From Verrucomicrobiota bacterium (GTDB lineage: Bacteria > Verrucomicrobiota > Verrucomicrobiia > Limisphaerales > AAA164-E04): a stretch of 64,000 nucleotides of DNA. The notes beneath the pieces are model-generated. The model saw only the letters and a program-made list of their open reading frames with translations, was not told the DNA's origin and searched no databases. The position numbers were made by a program, and so were the translations under genes. Below are positions 10,443 through 20,576 of the stretch, one piece after another. The stretch is from contig CP170459.1 of the NCBI GenBank assembly GCA_047947115.1, positions 1,344,001 to 1,408,000 on the forward strand, given 5' to 3'. The first letter of the stretch is position 1, and each line of letters opens with the position of its first letter.

Positions 10443-10681
10443 GAACACCACGGGATTTATCTGCGAGTGATTTGGAAAAAGCGTTAAAAGGTCTTGGATA
10501 CGAAAAAACACGAAAGAAGGGATCACACATACGATTAACAACAAATTTAGATGGTGTACATCACGAGACAATTCCGAATCATGATCCGATAAAGATTGGA
10601 ACACTGTCAGCTATTCTGAAGAGCATTGCAAATCACCATCCCATGACGGTAAGTGAATTAATGGAGCAATTAGGCTTATAA
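10439..10681 (+). CDS. hicA: HicA-family toxin
   Basis: LGYEKTRKKGSHIRL..TIPNH..IKIGTLSAIL. Confidence 0.88.
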   Translation: MRTPRDLSASDLEKALKGLGYEKTRKKGSHIRLTTNLDGVHHETIPNHDPIKIGTLSAILKSIANHHPMTVSELMEQLGL

Positions 10682-10734
10682 GCATTCGAATTCTACACTG
10701 CCCATTTAATTGAAATAATCCAAGCAGTTGGACA

Positions 10735-11305
10735 GGCGGCAAGGTAGATCTCCCGATAAATCGGGACTGATCCGCAACGAAAGGTAGATCGTAAAGTTTA
10801 TCCCGTCGACTGCAGGATCCCTGGTCCGCATTAGCTCATATGCATTCGACAAACCCGATCCTTAACGAATACCCAGTAGCATACAATGTGCATACCTTTT
10901 GTTTTTCTTTGTAATTACGACTGGAATTCCAAAGAAAAACAAAAACCTCTCATTACTCTCTGTGCCCTCCTTTTCTCTAGTGACCGCAGGGAACGGGTGG
11001 TGAACAAACCAAAACAATACTACAAACTACCAGCCCTGCGAGCAGCAAGGTAGCCCGCAACGCCTCTGTCGCGCAGGTCATTCGGAAAAGTTTACACTAA
11101 TGGGGTCCAACAACGTTCTGCGCGATTAAACGGAAATAAACACACGCACCCCTTTTAATCAGACATTTTTGACTTTCTTAGATGATTTAACCAAAATCCT
11201 CGAAGAAAGTTAAAACCTCTCTCTCTGTGATCCTCCCAATCTCAAGTGAGGAATCGAACGGGTGGTGCAAATTAACCTTTGTGGACCTTGTGACTTTGTG
11301 TGGTA
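10735..11305 (+). repeat. Modular repeat unit U10 (two partial right halves)
   Basis: REPs at 10743 and 10783; hairpin E 10895-10944 and 11151-11215; right end to about 11267. Confidence 0.85.
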
Positions 11306-11370
11306 ATAATTTGTTTCCTACGCTTGACTGAGACAGAACTTAGATAGTAATGTGGTCCGTCTACACGGTT

Positions 11371-11447
11371 GGTGGCCGTAGTTCAGTTGGTAGAGCCCCA
11401 GATTGTGGTTCTGGTTGTCGCGGGTTCGAGTCCCGTCGGTCACCCCA
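11371..11447 (+). tRNA. tRNA-His (GTG)
   Basis: G-1, acceptor stem GTGGCCG/CGGTCAC, anticodon GTG 11405-11407, GGTTCGAGTCC T-arm, encoded CCA. Confidence 0.95.
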
Positions 11448-11527
11448 TCCTTTGCCTTTCCCTCATCACAGGAGGTACGGATGTCAGGCTCACCTATAAT
11501 CTAATAAAATTTGAAACAAATATTGTT

Positions 11528-11992
11528 ATGCTAATATCAAACATTCACAGCAACACAGATCCTTTCGTTAATTCAAGGGTCATTAAACGCTGCATAGCCT
11601 GGCTTGAGGAGAACTTACTGAATTTCACAAAGTCAAGAGTAAATTTGGATGGAGACAAACTTTTCGTTATGTATCAGGAGTATGTTACAATTGCAGAAGA
11701 TGATGGTAAATTTGAAAGTCATCAACAATATATAGATTTACAATGTGTGATTGAAGGTACCGAAAGAATTGATGTTATCGGCGATCGAGTCTTGAATCCC
11801 GCAACCCAGTGGAAAGATGATTTCCGATTTTACCTCACGCCGGAAGAGGGATACACTAGCATTTACTTGGGACCATTGGACTTTTGTGTGCTTTTTCCAG
11901 GAGAAGCACATAGACCTAAACTTAAAGTCGAACAACCGGTGTCAGTTAAAAAATATGTATTTAAAATCGATAAAGCTCTAATGGACGCCTAG
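11528..11992 (+). CDS. YhcH/YjgK/YiaL-family protein (sugar-acid anomerase-like)
   Basis: FESHQQYIDLQ..G.E..FPGEAHRP..VKK.VFKI. Confidence 0.85.
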   Translation: MLISNIHSNTDPFVNSRVIKRCIAWLEENLLNFTKSRVNLDGDKLFVMYQEYVTIAEDDGKFESHQQYIDLQCVIEGTERIDVIGDRVLNPATQWKDDFRFYLTPEEGYTSIYLGPLDFCVLFPGEAHRPKLKVEQPVSVKKYVFKIDKALMDA

Positions 11993-12032
11993 GTGCCCGT
12001 TTGAAAGGATACAATTTTTCACAAAAGATAGT

Positions 12033-13545
12033 TAGTTGATCCTTAAAAACTCACGATAGGTGCAATTTTATTGGGTTTTTTGCGGTTTTTGCTTCGCCAT
12101 TTCGACCGGGGAAAAGTATAGTTATTGAAGTTCCTGGTCGATTTGCATCTATGAAATTAAAGCTCAAGCCTTCCCAACAACGATCACTCCTTTTTCCCAC
12201 ACTCTCCGAACAGTGTGATCCGCGGCAACCACTCAAAAAATTGGCCGACGCCATTCCTTGGGATAAGTTCGAAGACGCTTTTTCGGATTACTACAGCGAG
12301 GTAGGGCGGCCCGCCAAACCCATCCGTTTGATGGTGGGCTTGCTGCTATTGAAACAAATTTAAAATTTGAATGATGAGGTCGTCGTTGAAAGATGGATCC
12401 AGAATCCCTACTACCAGTATTTTTGCGGGATGACGGAATTTGAGTGGGACTTTCCCTGCAATCCATCCGACCTGGTTCATTTTCGAAATCGGATCGGTGA
12501 AGAAGGTGTGCATCTGATCTTTGCAATTACCACTGACCTTCATCGCAATCGAATTGAAAAGGAGAGTGAGATCATTGTGGATACCACGGTTCAGGAAAAG
12601 AACATAACTTTTCCAACGGATAGCAAACTACATTCACGGATTATCGGTCGATGCTGGCGCCTGGCCGACAAGTATGGAATCAAACTGCGACGGCGTTATC
12701 GCAAAGAGCTGCGAGAATGTTTGCTGAGCCAAAGATGGAGGTGTCATCCTGGAGAAGCCAAGCTTGCACGCAAGGCGCAAAAACGTATCAAGATAATCGC
12801 GGGTATCCTTCTGCGTGAACTGGATAGAAAACTGCCCAAAAAAAATTCTTAAAGCTCACCTTGAAGATTTCAAACTTTACCTTCGAGTCTTGAATCAACA
12901 GAAGAACGACAAGAATAAGGTCTACTCTTTGCATGAACCGCAGGCCTACTGCATCGCCAAGGGCAAGGAAAACAAGAAGTATGAGTATGGCAGTAAAGCA
13001 TCGGTCGCCGTAACAGCAGATACAGGCATCATTGTCAGTGTTGTTGCTCATCCTGAAAACATATATGATGGCCATACTTTACCGGAAGTCTTCGAATTAG
13101 CGGAAGCAGTCATGGGAGAACGACCGAAGAAGGCCATTGTGGATCGTGGCTATCGAGGCGAAAAACATATTGATGGAACGGACATACTTTCACCCGAGAA
13201 CGGGAAAGCTGAACAAACCAAATCAGAGAAGGCAAAGATGCGACAACGGTTTCGAAAACGAAGCGGAATCGAAGCAATCATAAGCCATCTCAAACATGAT
13301 TTCCGATTATTGAGATGTTACTTGAAAGGCAGTCTGGGAGATACAATGAATTTGTTGCTGGCTGCCTGTGCCTGGAATCTGAAGAAATGGATGGGGGCCG
13401 TTTCTTTTCGTCAAATATACCTAATTTGTAACCAGATTAAGGCACTCATGTCATCCCTCAGGGGACTTTTTTCAAATCTGACACGTTACAAAAGGTTCGT
13501 TGGATTCCGATAGGAATTCTTAATCCCTTTTTTAAGGATCAACTA
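12033..13545 (+). mobile_element. IS5-family element (type A) with transposase pseudogene
   Basis: IRs TAGTTGATCCTTAAAAA / TTTTTAAGGATCAACTA; transposase broken by a stop at 12361 and a frameshift near 12840. Confidence 0.9.
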
Positions 13546-13554
13546 GTTAATTGA

Positions 13555-14490
13555 CTCACAAAACAACAAGAACGGTTCATTACCTGTAATTAGATTCCCA
13601 AGACGCCGGCTCATCCGTTTTATTACCGACTCAATCAGGTTTTTGCTGAGTGTGGTTTTGATGTCTATGTTGAAGGGTTGTGCGCCATGTTTTGCAAGAA
13701 TTTTGGCAGTTCAGGCATTGCCCCGGAATTTATTTACGAATGATTTTTATTTGATATTCTTAAGATCTTAAAGGTCAGAAAAATATCGCATGGCAATTTT
13801 ATGACAGCCTTTGCTTGCGTGAATTTTTCTATAAGTTCCAAAGAAAGAACTCTTGCGTACAACGATTATTCGTCAACCCTTTTCTGATGATGTTTTTCAC
13901 AAAGTTTCCTTTTGGTGCTCGAACAATTCAAAGAAAAAAGTAATTGAAGGGCAAAACGTTATGAGATTGAGATCAAAAGCCTGGATCCCAACTCAGCCAT
14001 GGGCAGCTTAGCATCGTACACAAGGGCGCGGGTGAAGATCGGAAAAATTCCTGCCTTAACTTGCCAATAAATAAAATACCGAGAATCGAAGGTGTGCAGG
14101 CATTCAAGCGCATCGAAATAGGTAGAAGCATAGATTCTTAGAGAGAAGCTCATATAGGCTATCAAAACGGAATCACTAACGAACAGGCATTCCCCATCAG
14201 GCGTTGAAGAGTTGGAAGTCATAAAGGTATACGGCTGAGTCCAAAACAAAGCAAACTTGTGGAGCGAATATTTGCTAATAGGTTTAGAGTAGGAAAAGGA
14301 CGTCGAACTTGGCTCCTAAGATATAAAAAACCACCAAGATTCACACACTGAAATGCGCAGCATTCAATGTCGGGTTGCTTTTGAGGAAAATCTTTTGATT
14401 CGCGAGGGCAAAAAATTTGGAATCGAGATTCGACACAGCTTTGACATCTGTTTTATCATGGTTTTGGCGAAATGATGCCTCAGGGAGACT
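13555..14490 (+). pseudogene. Heavily decayed copy of the IS1182-like transposase
   Basis: Alignable by eye with 32633-33910 (e.g. AGATTCCCAA.ACGCCGGCTCA, CACCAAGATTCACACACTGAA); many stops and an internal deletion. Confidence 0.8.
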
Positions 14491-14504
14491 TAAAGTTGAC
14501 TTCA

Positions 14505-14550
14505 ATCGGATTTGAACCATCGGATTTGAACCATCGGATTTGAACCATCG
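14505..14550. repeat. Tandem repeat (ATCGGATTTGAACC)x3
   Basis: Three exact 14-bp copies plus a partial copy. Confidence 0.9.
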
Positions 14551-14661
14551 ATCTGTGATGCATCGGGAAATCCATGCGTAGCGATATTTGAATCACTCGG
14601 ATTTTCACATTTTGCACTAATTAAACGGGGTAGTAAGGATAATTCTTATCTGTTAATCAAA

Positions 14662-15738
14662 ATGGAACAATTGTATGTAATTAAAACTGACTGGCACGAT
14701 CAAGTTGTTCAGAGGGCGTTTGAGAAAATTGGATACTCCCCTGCTGAAGTTCATCAGGTTGTTAGAAATTGTCGCGCTGCTCTTGAGAATGGAGTGCGCA
14801 CACATAATGCGATCAAAGCAATTCATTTAGAAGCCTTGTTTGGTGTTCGGCAAGGAGGAACAACTTGTGGTGCAAACATACTAAAACAAAAGCGAAAATT
14901 TAGTGCTGTGAAATTTTGGGACGCACAAAAAAAGATTGGTCCTGCCGTCGCATATGAAGCCGTCGATGAATGTGCAGCCATGGCGGAGGACTATGGGGTG
15001 GGTGTTGTGGCCGTCGATAATGCGTGGCATTATTTTTGGGGAGGAGGTTATGTCCTAGAACTAGCGCAACGCGGATTTATTGGATTCACTATCTGTACCG
15101 CTTTACTCGCCGAAGTTGTGCCTTATGGAGGCTCCAAGCCAGTTTTAGGTACTAATCCGCATTCTTGGGGACTGCCAACGCAAGAAGTATGCGGATTTCC
15201 TGTTTTAGTTGATTGGGCTACTTCGGTAATAAGTATGGGAAAAGCACAACAACTTGCCCGTGAGGGAAAATCATTACCTTATCAATGTGCCGTCAATCAG
15301 AAGGGTAATGTGACAAATGACCCAAAACAAATCGCAGGACTTTTGCCTTTCGGGTTACACAAAGGTTATGGGCTAAGTCTGATCAACGAATTGATCGCTG
15401 GAATTATAGGTGGATGGAAGCCCACCGAAAGGGGAAGATTCGCGGAAGGATATAAAAAATCAAGTACTACCTTCCTCTTCCTCGCCCTTCATCCCGAGGC
15501 TATTGAGGGTAATTTTGTGAGTTCTGACAGAAAAGAAAACTTAAAATCGATTGTGAATGACATCCTTTGTAAAGAGAATCAAGGGGCCATTTTACCGGGG
15601 CAATTAGAATATGAAGCTCGTTGCAGATGTCAACAGGCTGGAGGCCTACTATTAACTGAAGCTGAATTTAATTCCTTCAATGAAATTGCTAAAAAAAACC
15701 AATTGGACACACACTCGCCAGTCCGATACAGATCTTGA
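14662..15738 (+). CDS. Ldh_2-family oxidoreductase (YiaK/AllD-like)
   Basis: PYGG..PVLGTNP, VDWATS, LLPFGLHKGYGLSL, LPGQLE. Confidence 0.85.
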   Translation: MEQLYVIKTDWHDQVVQRAFEKIGYSPAEVHQVVRNCRAALENGVRTHNAIKAIHLEALFGVRQGGTTCGANILKQKRKFSAVKFWDAQKKIGPAVAYEAVDECAAMAEDYGVGVVAVDNAWHYFWGGGYVLELAQRGFIGFTICTALLAEVVPYGGSKPVLGTNPHSWGLPTQEVCGFPVLVDWATSVISMGKAQQLAREGKSLPYQCAVNQKGNVTNDPKQIAGLLPFGLHKGYGLSLINELIAGIIGGWKPTERGRFAEGYKKSSTTFLFLALHPEAIEGNFVSSDRKENLKSIVNDILCKENQGAILPGQLEYEARCRCQQAGGLLLTEAEFNSFNEIAKKNQLDTHSPVRYRS

Positions 15739-15751
15739 ACTCCATATATTT

Positions 15752-16540
15752 ATGAAAAAATCGAATTTAATAAGCGTTAGGCAAAGAATTAAAGCTGGAA
15801 AACAAGTCATAGGAACCTGGCTCAATTCTGCAAGTAGTGTGATGGCAGAATTATTGGCTGAATGCGGTTACGATTTTGTTTGCATCGATGCAGAGCATTC
15901 ACCAATCGATTTGACTAATGCGCAAAGACTATTCACATCTATCACATCAGGAAATCCAGACTGTGAAGCATTTGTACGTTTGCCTGGAATAGATTACTCA
16001 TATACGAAACGTTATTTAGACGCCGGAGCGACTGGATTAATAGGCCCACTTGTAAATTCCCCTGAAGACGCCGCATTGCTAGTCAAAACAGCCAAATACC
16101 CACCCTTGGGTGATCGGGGGGTCGGTTTTTGTAGAGCTAATCAATACGGAAAAAATGTAGCAAAAGAATTCCAAAGGGCGAATGATGAAATTCTAGTTGC
16201 CGTCCAAATTGAACATATTGATGGGGCACAAAGAATTAATGAAATCCTTGCTGTTGAGGGAATTGATGCTGTATTCATAGGTCCATATGATCTATCGGCT
16301 TCAATGGGATTGACCGGGCAATTTGAAAATTCGGACTATGTATCCGTTCGTGACAGCATACTTGAAGCCTGCCGGCGACACGATGTCGCCGCCGGGATTC
16401 ACGTCGTACCAACCAATTTAAATGAATTGGAAATGAGGCTCAAGGAGGGCTATAAAATGATCGCTTATAGTTTGGATATTGAAATGGTCCGTAGACTCGG
16501 AAATGAAGGAGTTTCTCGTTTCCAGGAAATCACTCGTTAG
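15752..16540 (+). CDS. HpcH/HpaI-family pyruvate aldolase
   Basis: DFVCIDAEHS, KYPPLGDRG, QIEH, FIGPYDLSASMG. Confidence 0.9.
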   Translation: MKKSNLISVRQRIKAGKQVIGTWLNSASSVMAELLAECGYDFVCIDAEHSPIDLTNAQRLFTSITSGNPDCEAFVRLPGIDYSYTKRYLDAGATGLIGPLVNSPEDAALLVKTAKYPPLGDRGVGFCRANQYGKNVAKEFQRANDEILVAVQIEHIDGAQRINEILAVEGIDAVFIGPYDLSASMGLTGQFENSDYVSVRDSILEACRRHDVAAGIHVVPTNLNELEMRLKEGYKMIAYSLDIEMVRRLGNEGVSRFQEITR

Positions 16541-16569
16541 GTTGACTGAATACGTACGGTAGGAGAAGA

Positions 16570-17271
16570 ATGAAGAAGAAAACAGAAATATGCGCACTAT
16601 TGCCTTTGAAAGCTCACAGTGCTAGAGTACAAGGAAAGAATTTTAAAAGCTTTGCCAACAAGCCGTTGTTTCGGTGGATCCTGGATACGTTGTTGAGTAT
16701 TGATGATATTTCCAAAATTGTGATCAATACGGATGCACGCGATCTTCTCAAGAAAAACGGTTTTGAGGAAAGTGGAAAAGTTGTAATCAGAGATCGGCCA
16801 AAAGAGCTCTGTGGTGACATGGTTAGCATGAATCGAGTGATCAAGAACGATGTGGAAAATGTGCCTAGTGAATGTTACCTCATGACCCATACGACTAATC
16901 CACTGCTGACTGCGACAACGATTAAAAAAGCTCTTGCAACGTATTTTGATGGGATCGAAAGCAATTCAGGCGACAGTCTTTTTTCGGTGAATAAATACCA
17001 GACACGTTTTTATAAAAAGGACGGATCGCCGATCAATCATGATCCTGAAAACCTGATACGGACACAGGATTTGGAACCTTATTATGAAGAAAACTCAAAT
17101 CTCTATATTTTTAATGATGAGAGTTTTAATGCAACTGGGGCCCGAATAGGTAATAGACCAATTTTATTTGAAACACCTACTTTGGAATCTTTTGACATCG
17201 ATGATCAGGAGGGTTGGAATTTGGCAGAGATTATCGCTCTTTATCGCCAAATGGCGAATGTAGGAATATGA
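16570..17271 (+). CDS. Acylneuraminate/ulosonate cytidylyltransferase
   Basis: P.KAHSARVQGKN..KPL, THTTNPL, RTQDL..YEENS..Y, DID. Confidence 0.88.
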   Translation: MKKKTEICALLPLKAHSARVQGKNFKSFANKPLFRWILDTLLSIDDISKIVINTDARDLLKKNGFEESGKVVIRDRPKELCGDMVSMNRVIKNDVENVPSECYLMTHTTNPLLTATTIKKALATYFDGIESNSGDSLFSVNKYQTRFYKKDGSPINHDPENLIRTQDLEPYYEENSNLYIFNDESFNATGARIGNRPILFETPTLESFDIDDQEGWNLAEIIALYRQMANVGI

Positions 17272-17306
17272 CACTTCACGTGAGTTGGATCCTCAAGTAT
17301 TATACA

Positions 17307-17895
17307 GAACTTATCTCATAAATACCGCATTAGCATTATTGAACAGGCTAGGTTGATGAATCCGATGTAATTTACAGCAACGTATTCGTAACGTACAACT
17401 AGTCGCCTGAAGTTAAAGAGCCAAGCAAACAGACGTTCGTTTTTCCATCTTTGTTTGTATCTTCTCAGTTTACAACCGTCCTAAGTTTGATTTGACTTTT
17501 TCCGTCCTCGACGATTTGGCGCAATTATTTCAGTTACGAATATTTCCTCCTTTCCAAAGTCCAAAGAATCACTATCGTAAGCTTTATCCCCGATCAGTTT
17601 TTCAGGTGTATCCTCTACAACTCGATGCTCTATGGTATACTGTAACATCGTTACCTCAGCTGGCGAAGAACTGGCCGCACAGATGGCGACTGGAAGACCA
17701 GAGCCGTATGCTATTACCATGATCTTGCAGCCCTTGCCTCGGTTTCTTTTGCCACCGCTGTATCCCCTTTTTTGGTCGGCATGAAAGTGTTATCTATAAA
17801 ACATACACTGAGATCCAAAACGCCTCGTTCCTGAAGATCTTTGGCGATTGCCAAAAGGAGGATTTCGAGTACTCCATCCTGAACCCAGTTTTTCA
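17307..17895 (-). mobile_element. Degenerate truncated IS5-family element (type B, IS427-like)
   Basis: Reverse-complement match to the 3' two-thirds of 26761-27600, with stops. Confidence 0.8.
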
Positions 17896-18493
17896 GGGGA
17901 TGGCCAACTTGATTGGCAAGGAAGTCGGTGATTATTGCAAATTGTGGATGCACGCCTTCTTCACCAATCCGATTTCAAAATGAACTAGGTCGTATGGATT
18001 GCATGGTAATTACCAATCAAATTCTATTATACCACAAAACTAATATTAATGTAACACTTCAGCCATCTGAAGTATTTCTTGGTGGCAAGGACGGAAGTTT
18101 TCCGGTTACGAGGTATTGTTCAATGGCTTGGACGACGGTTCGAATGGGATCGTGACCGCGTTGTTTGAGCGTTCGCAATACGCTCATCAACACCGCTTGA
18201 CAATCGACGCCTTTTTCACTGCGGTTTCCGTAGCTGTTCTTTCTTATGATCACCGCGGGGCGGATCGAGCGTTCGGCGTGGTTATTGTCAAAAAGGAACG
18301 TTGTCTTGGTGGAGGAAAGTCAAAAGATCCCCCTGATGACGTCTCAAGCGTTTGATCAGCCGACGGGCGTGCTGGTTGTTCCATTCGGTTCCTATCAAAA
18401 TCTCCAAACGTTTTTCCAGTCGTTCTCGTCGTGAGGCGTATGTTTGCGCCGTGAGTTCGCTCTTTGCTTTCCACAGCCGTATGGCATCGCTAA

Positions 18494-19444
18494 GAGCCTG
18501 TCTGAAAAGTCAACCTAACCCAATGTTTAAGCGAGCCGACGCAGTTGAATTCTTAGCATAGCGATATAAATCCATGCTTTAGCACTTGATTCACTATACT
18601 CATAATCCCGAACAAGACGGCGCTGATGCATGAACCATCCGAAAGTTCGTTCAACAATCCAACGCCTTTTGAGGATATTAAATCCTTTGGCATTCTCGTC
18701 GCGTTTGACAACTTCCACTTCTAAACAAGGTTTCTTGAAGCGAACCCAGTTGGCAAAAGCTTCCCCGCTATACCCACCGTCTACCCAGATCAATTTAAGC
18801 CAGGGTAGCTTATGAAGTATACGATCCAACAAACCTTGAGCACCTTCCCGTTCCGGAGTGGATGCAGGAGTAATGAACACTCCCAGCAACATGCCTAATG
18901 TGTCCACAAGTATGTGCCTTTTACGCCCTTTGATCTTTTTACCGGCATCATAGCCAACGTCACCACCGTGACAGTTTGACTTAACGCTCTGGCTGTCAAG
19001 AATGGCTGCTGTTGGTCGTGAACGCTTGCCTACTTGTGCGCGCACCTGCGTCCTAAGTTGATCATGGATGCCCTCCCAGGTGCCATCAGTCGCCCATTTA
19101 CGGAAAACGTGATACACGGTTTTCCATTTCGGAAATGAATCGGGAAGCATCCTCCATTGTATACCACCCTTGAGAACGTAGAATATGGCGTTGATAATCA
19201 TTCGGCGATCAATTGTTGGTCGGCCTCGATTTTGTTTGAGAGGAAGCACGGGACGAATAAGGTTCCATTGTTCATCGGTAAGATCCGAAGGATATCGTAC
19301 GGTTTTTGCGATAGTCATCGCGGTACCGTGATCTTCGATAAAGATGCAACTCTCTGACTAAAGGCATGTTGTCAAGTTTTAATGAACATTTTCTTTGCAA
19401 TTTTTTACCTGTTCACACTTGTTTTCGCTTTTTCAGACAGGCTC
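18494..19444 (-). mobile_element. IS5-family (IS1031-like) element nested in IS66
   Basis: IR GAGCCTGTCTGAAAA, TSD TAA. Confidence 0.92.
18527..19318 (-). CDS. IS5-family transposase, intact
   Basis: YPSDLTDEQW, DSQSVK, GYDAGKKIKGRKRH, RWIVERTFGW. Confidence 0.92.
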   Translation of the reverse strand: MTIAKTVRYPSDLTDEQWNLIRPVLPLKQNRGRPTIDRRMIINAIFYVLKGGIQWRMLPDSFPKWKTVYHVFRKWATDGTWEGIHDQLRTQVRAQVGKRSRPTAAILDSQSVKSNCHGGDVGYDAGKKIKGRKRHILVDTLGMLLGVFITPASTPEREGAQGLLDRILHKLPWLKLIWVDGGYSGEAFANWVRFKKPCLEVEVVKRDENAKGFNILKRRWIVERTFGWFMHQRRLVRDYEYSESSAKAWIYIAMLRIQLRRLA

Positions 19445-20576
19445 TAAGGAGGCGACGGAGCTTTTTGGCAAAGGGTTCCCAATTCGCTCCAGGGGATTTG
19501 TATTTCTCGGTCTGTTCCAGTTCGCGCAGTAAATGCACAAGACAGGTCTGGCGCAACGCCGTGCTGACAGCGTTATAGGCACTCCAAAAATCGGTGACTA
19601 AGGTTCCCTGAAACTCTTGAATGAAGAATTTTTCCAGTGCCGGTGAACCTCGCGATCGGTCTATCATGTAGTAGGTCAAATCATTGCTGGCGAAACACCA
19701 CAGCCAGTGGGTTTTCCCGTTGACTCGCCAACCGGTTTCGTCGGCGTGGAGTAGCGCCGAATGCAGAGCTTCTTGCTGGATCTGCTCATACCATCCGTAG
19801 AGAATTCCTTGCAACCTTTGCCACATGGCTACCAGCCCGCCCTGGCTAAGTTTCATTTGCAGGTGAAAGTTGAAGACTTCAATGATTTGCGAAAGCGTGT
19901 TGCCCAACGCATAGTGCAGCCATGCGGACAAGACCAACACAGAATTCCCCAGGCTGCTTCCCGGTAGAGCTGAGCTTACTACCGGCTCGACTTTTTTCTG
20001 GCATTGCGGACACCAGTCACGGTGGATGGTGTGTTCGGTCACTTTGGGCTTGATGTCCGTAATGTCTTAGGTAAACCGCGTGCGAGTCTCAGAACAGGGG
20101 CGAACCTTTGTTCCACAGTCCGGACACGTCTCTGCGCGATGGTCTTGCCGATGGTCAACCCGATCCGGCTTCTCGCGGCGTTGGCCTGGATGGCCATTCT
20201 GCGCTCCCGGTTTATTCTTGCCCTTGCTTCGGGCTTTGTTCTTTGGGGAAGGCTTGAGGTAAGGAGGAACCATCCCCGATGGAGTGCTGGGATGTGTCGA
20301 TGGATTTAGCCTCTCCTGAGCTTCAGCTAATTGCTTGCGGAATTCCAAAAGGGCAAAGATCACCGCTTCTTCGCCCTGAACAAAAATTGCTCGCGCTTGA
20401 TCGCACGTCAGTTCAGGTCCAATTGGGATCTCTTCCAGGGAACGACACATACTGCCAAAGATGTTTTCCAGATACCCCCTAACATATCACACCTTCGCCT
20501 GTTTAGCGGAAATTACTTCAGATGGCTGAAGTGTTACATATTAATAAGATTTCTGGATCCATCTTTCGAGGACAAC

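Larger units (their letters stand above)
18051..20537 (-). mobile_element. IS66-family element, interrupted and frameshifted
   Basis: IR GTAACACTTCAGCCATCTGAAGTA at both ends, 8-bp TSD ATATTAAT; TnpC motifs HADETGW, QTCLVHLLR. Confidence 0.92.

Noticed and set aside
210..11305. CRISPR array
   Set aside because: Repeats are long, modular and irregularly spaced, intervals are whole genes, and no cas genes are visible
11324..11351. Sigma70 promoter for the tRNA (TTGACT..AGTAAT)
   Set aside because: The -35 is plausible but the -10 match and spacing are too weak to call
11420..11447. attL/attR duplication of the tRNA 3' end bounding the island
   Set aside because: No second copy or integrase found by eye in the window
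11369..11527. N-terminal extension of the 207-aa ORF
   Set aside because: It is a translation of tRNA-His; the real start is probably 11528
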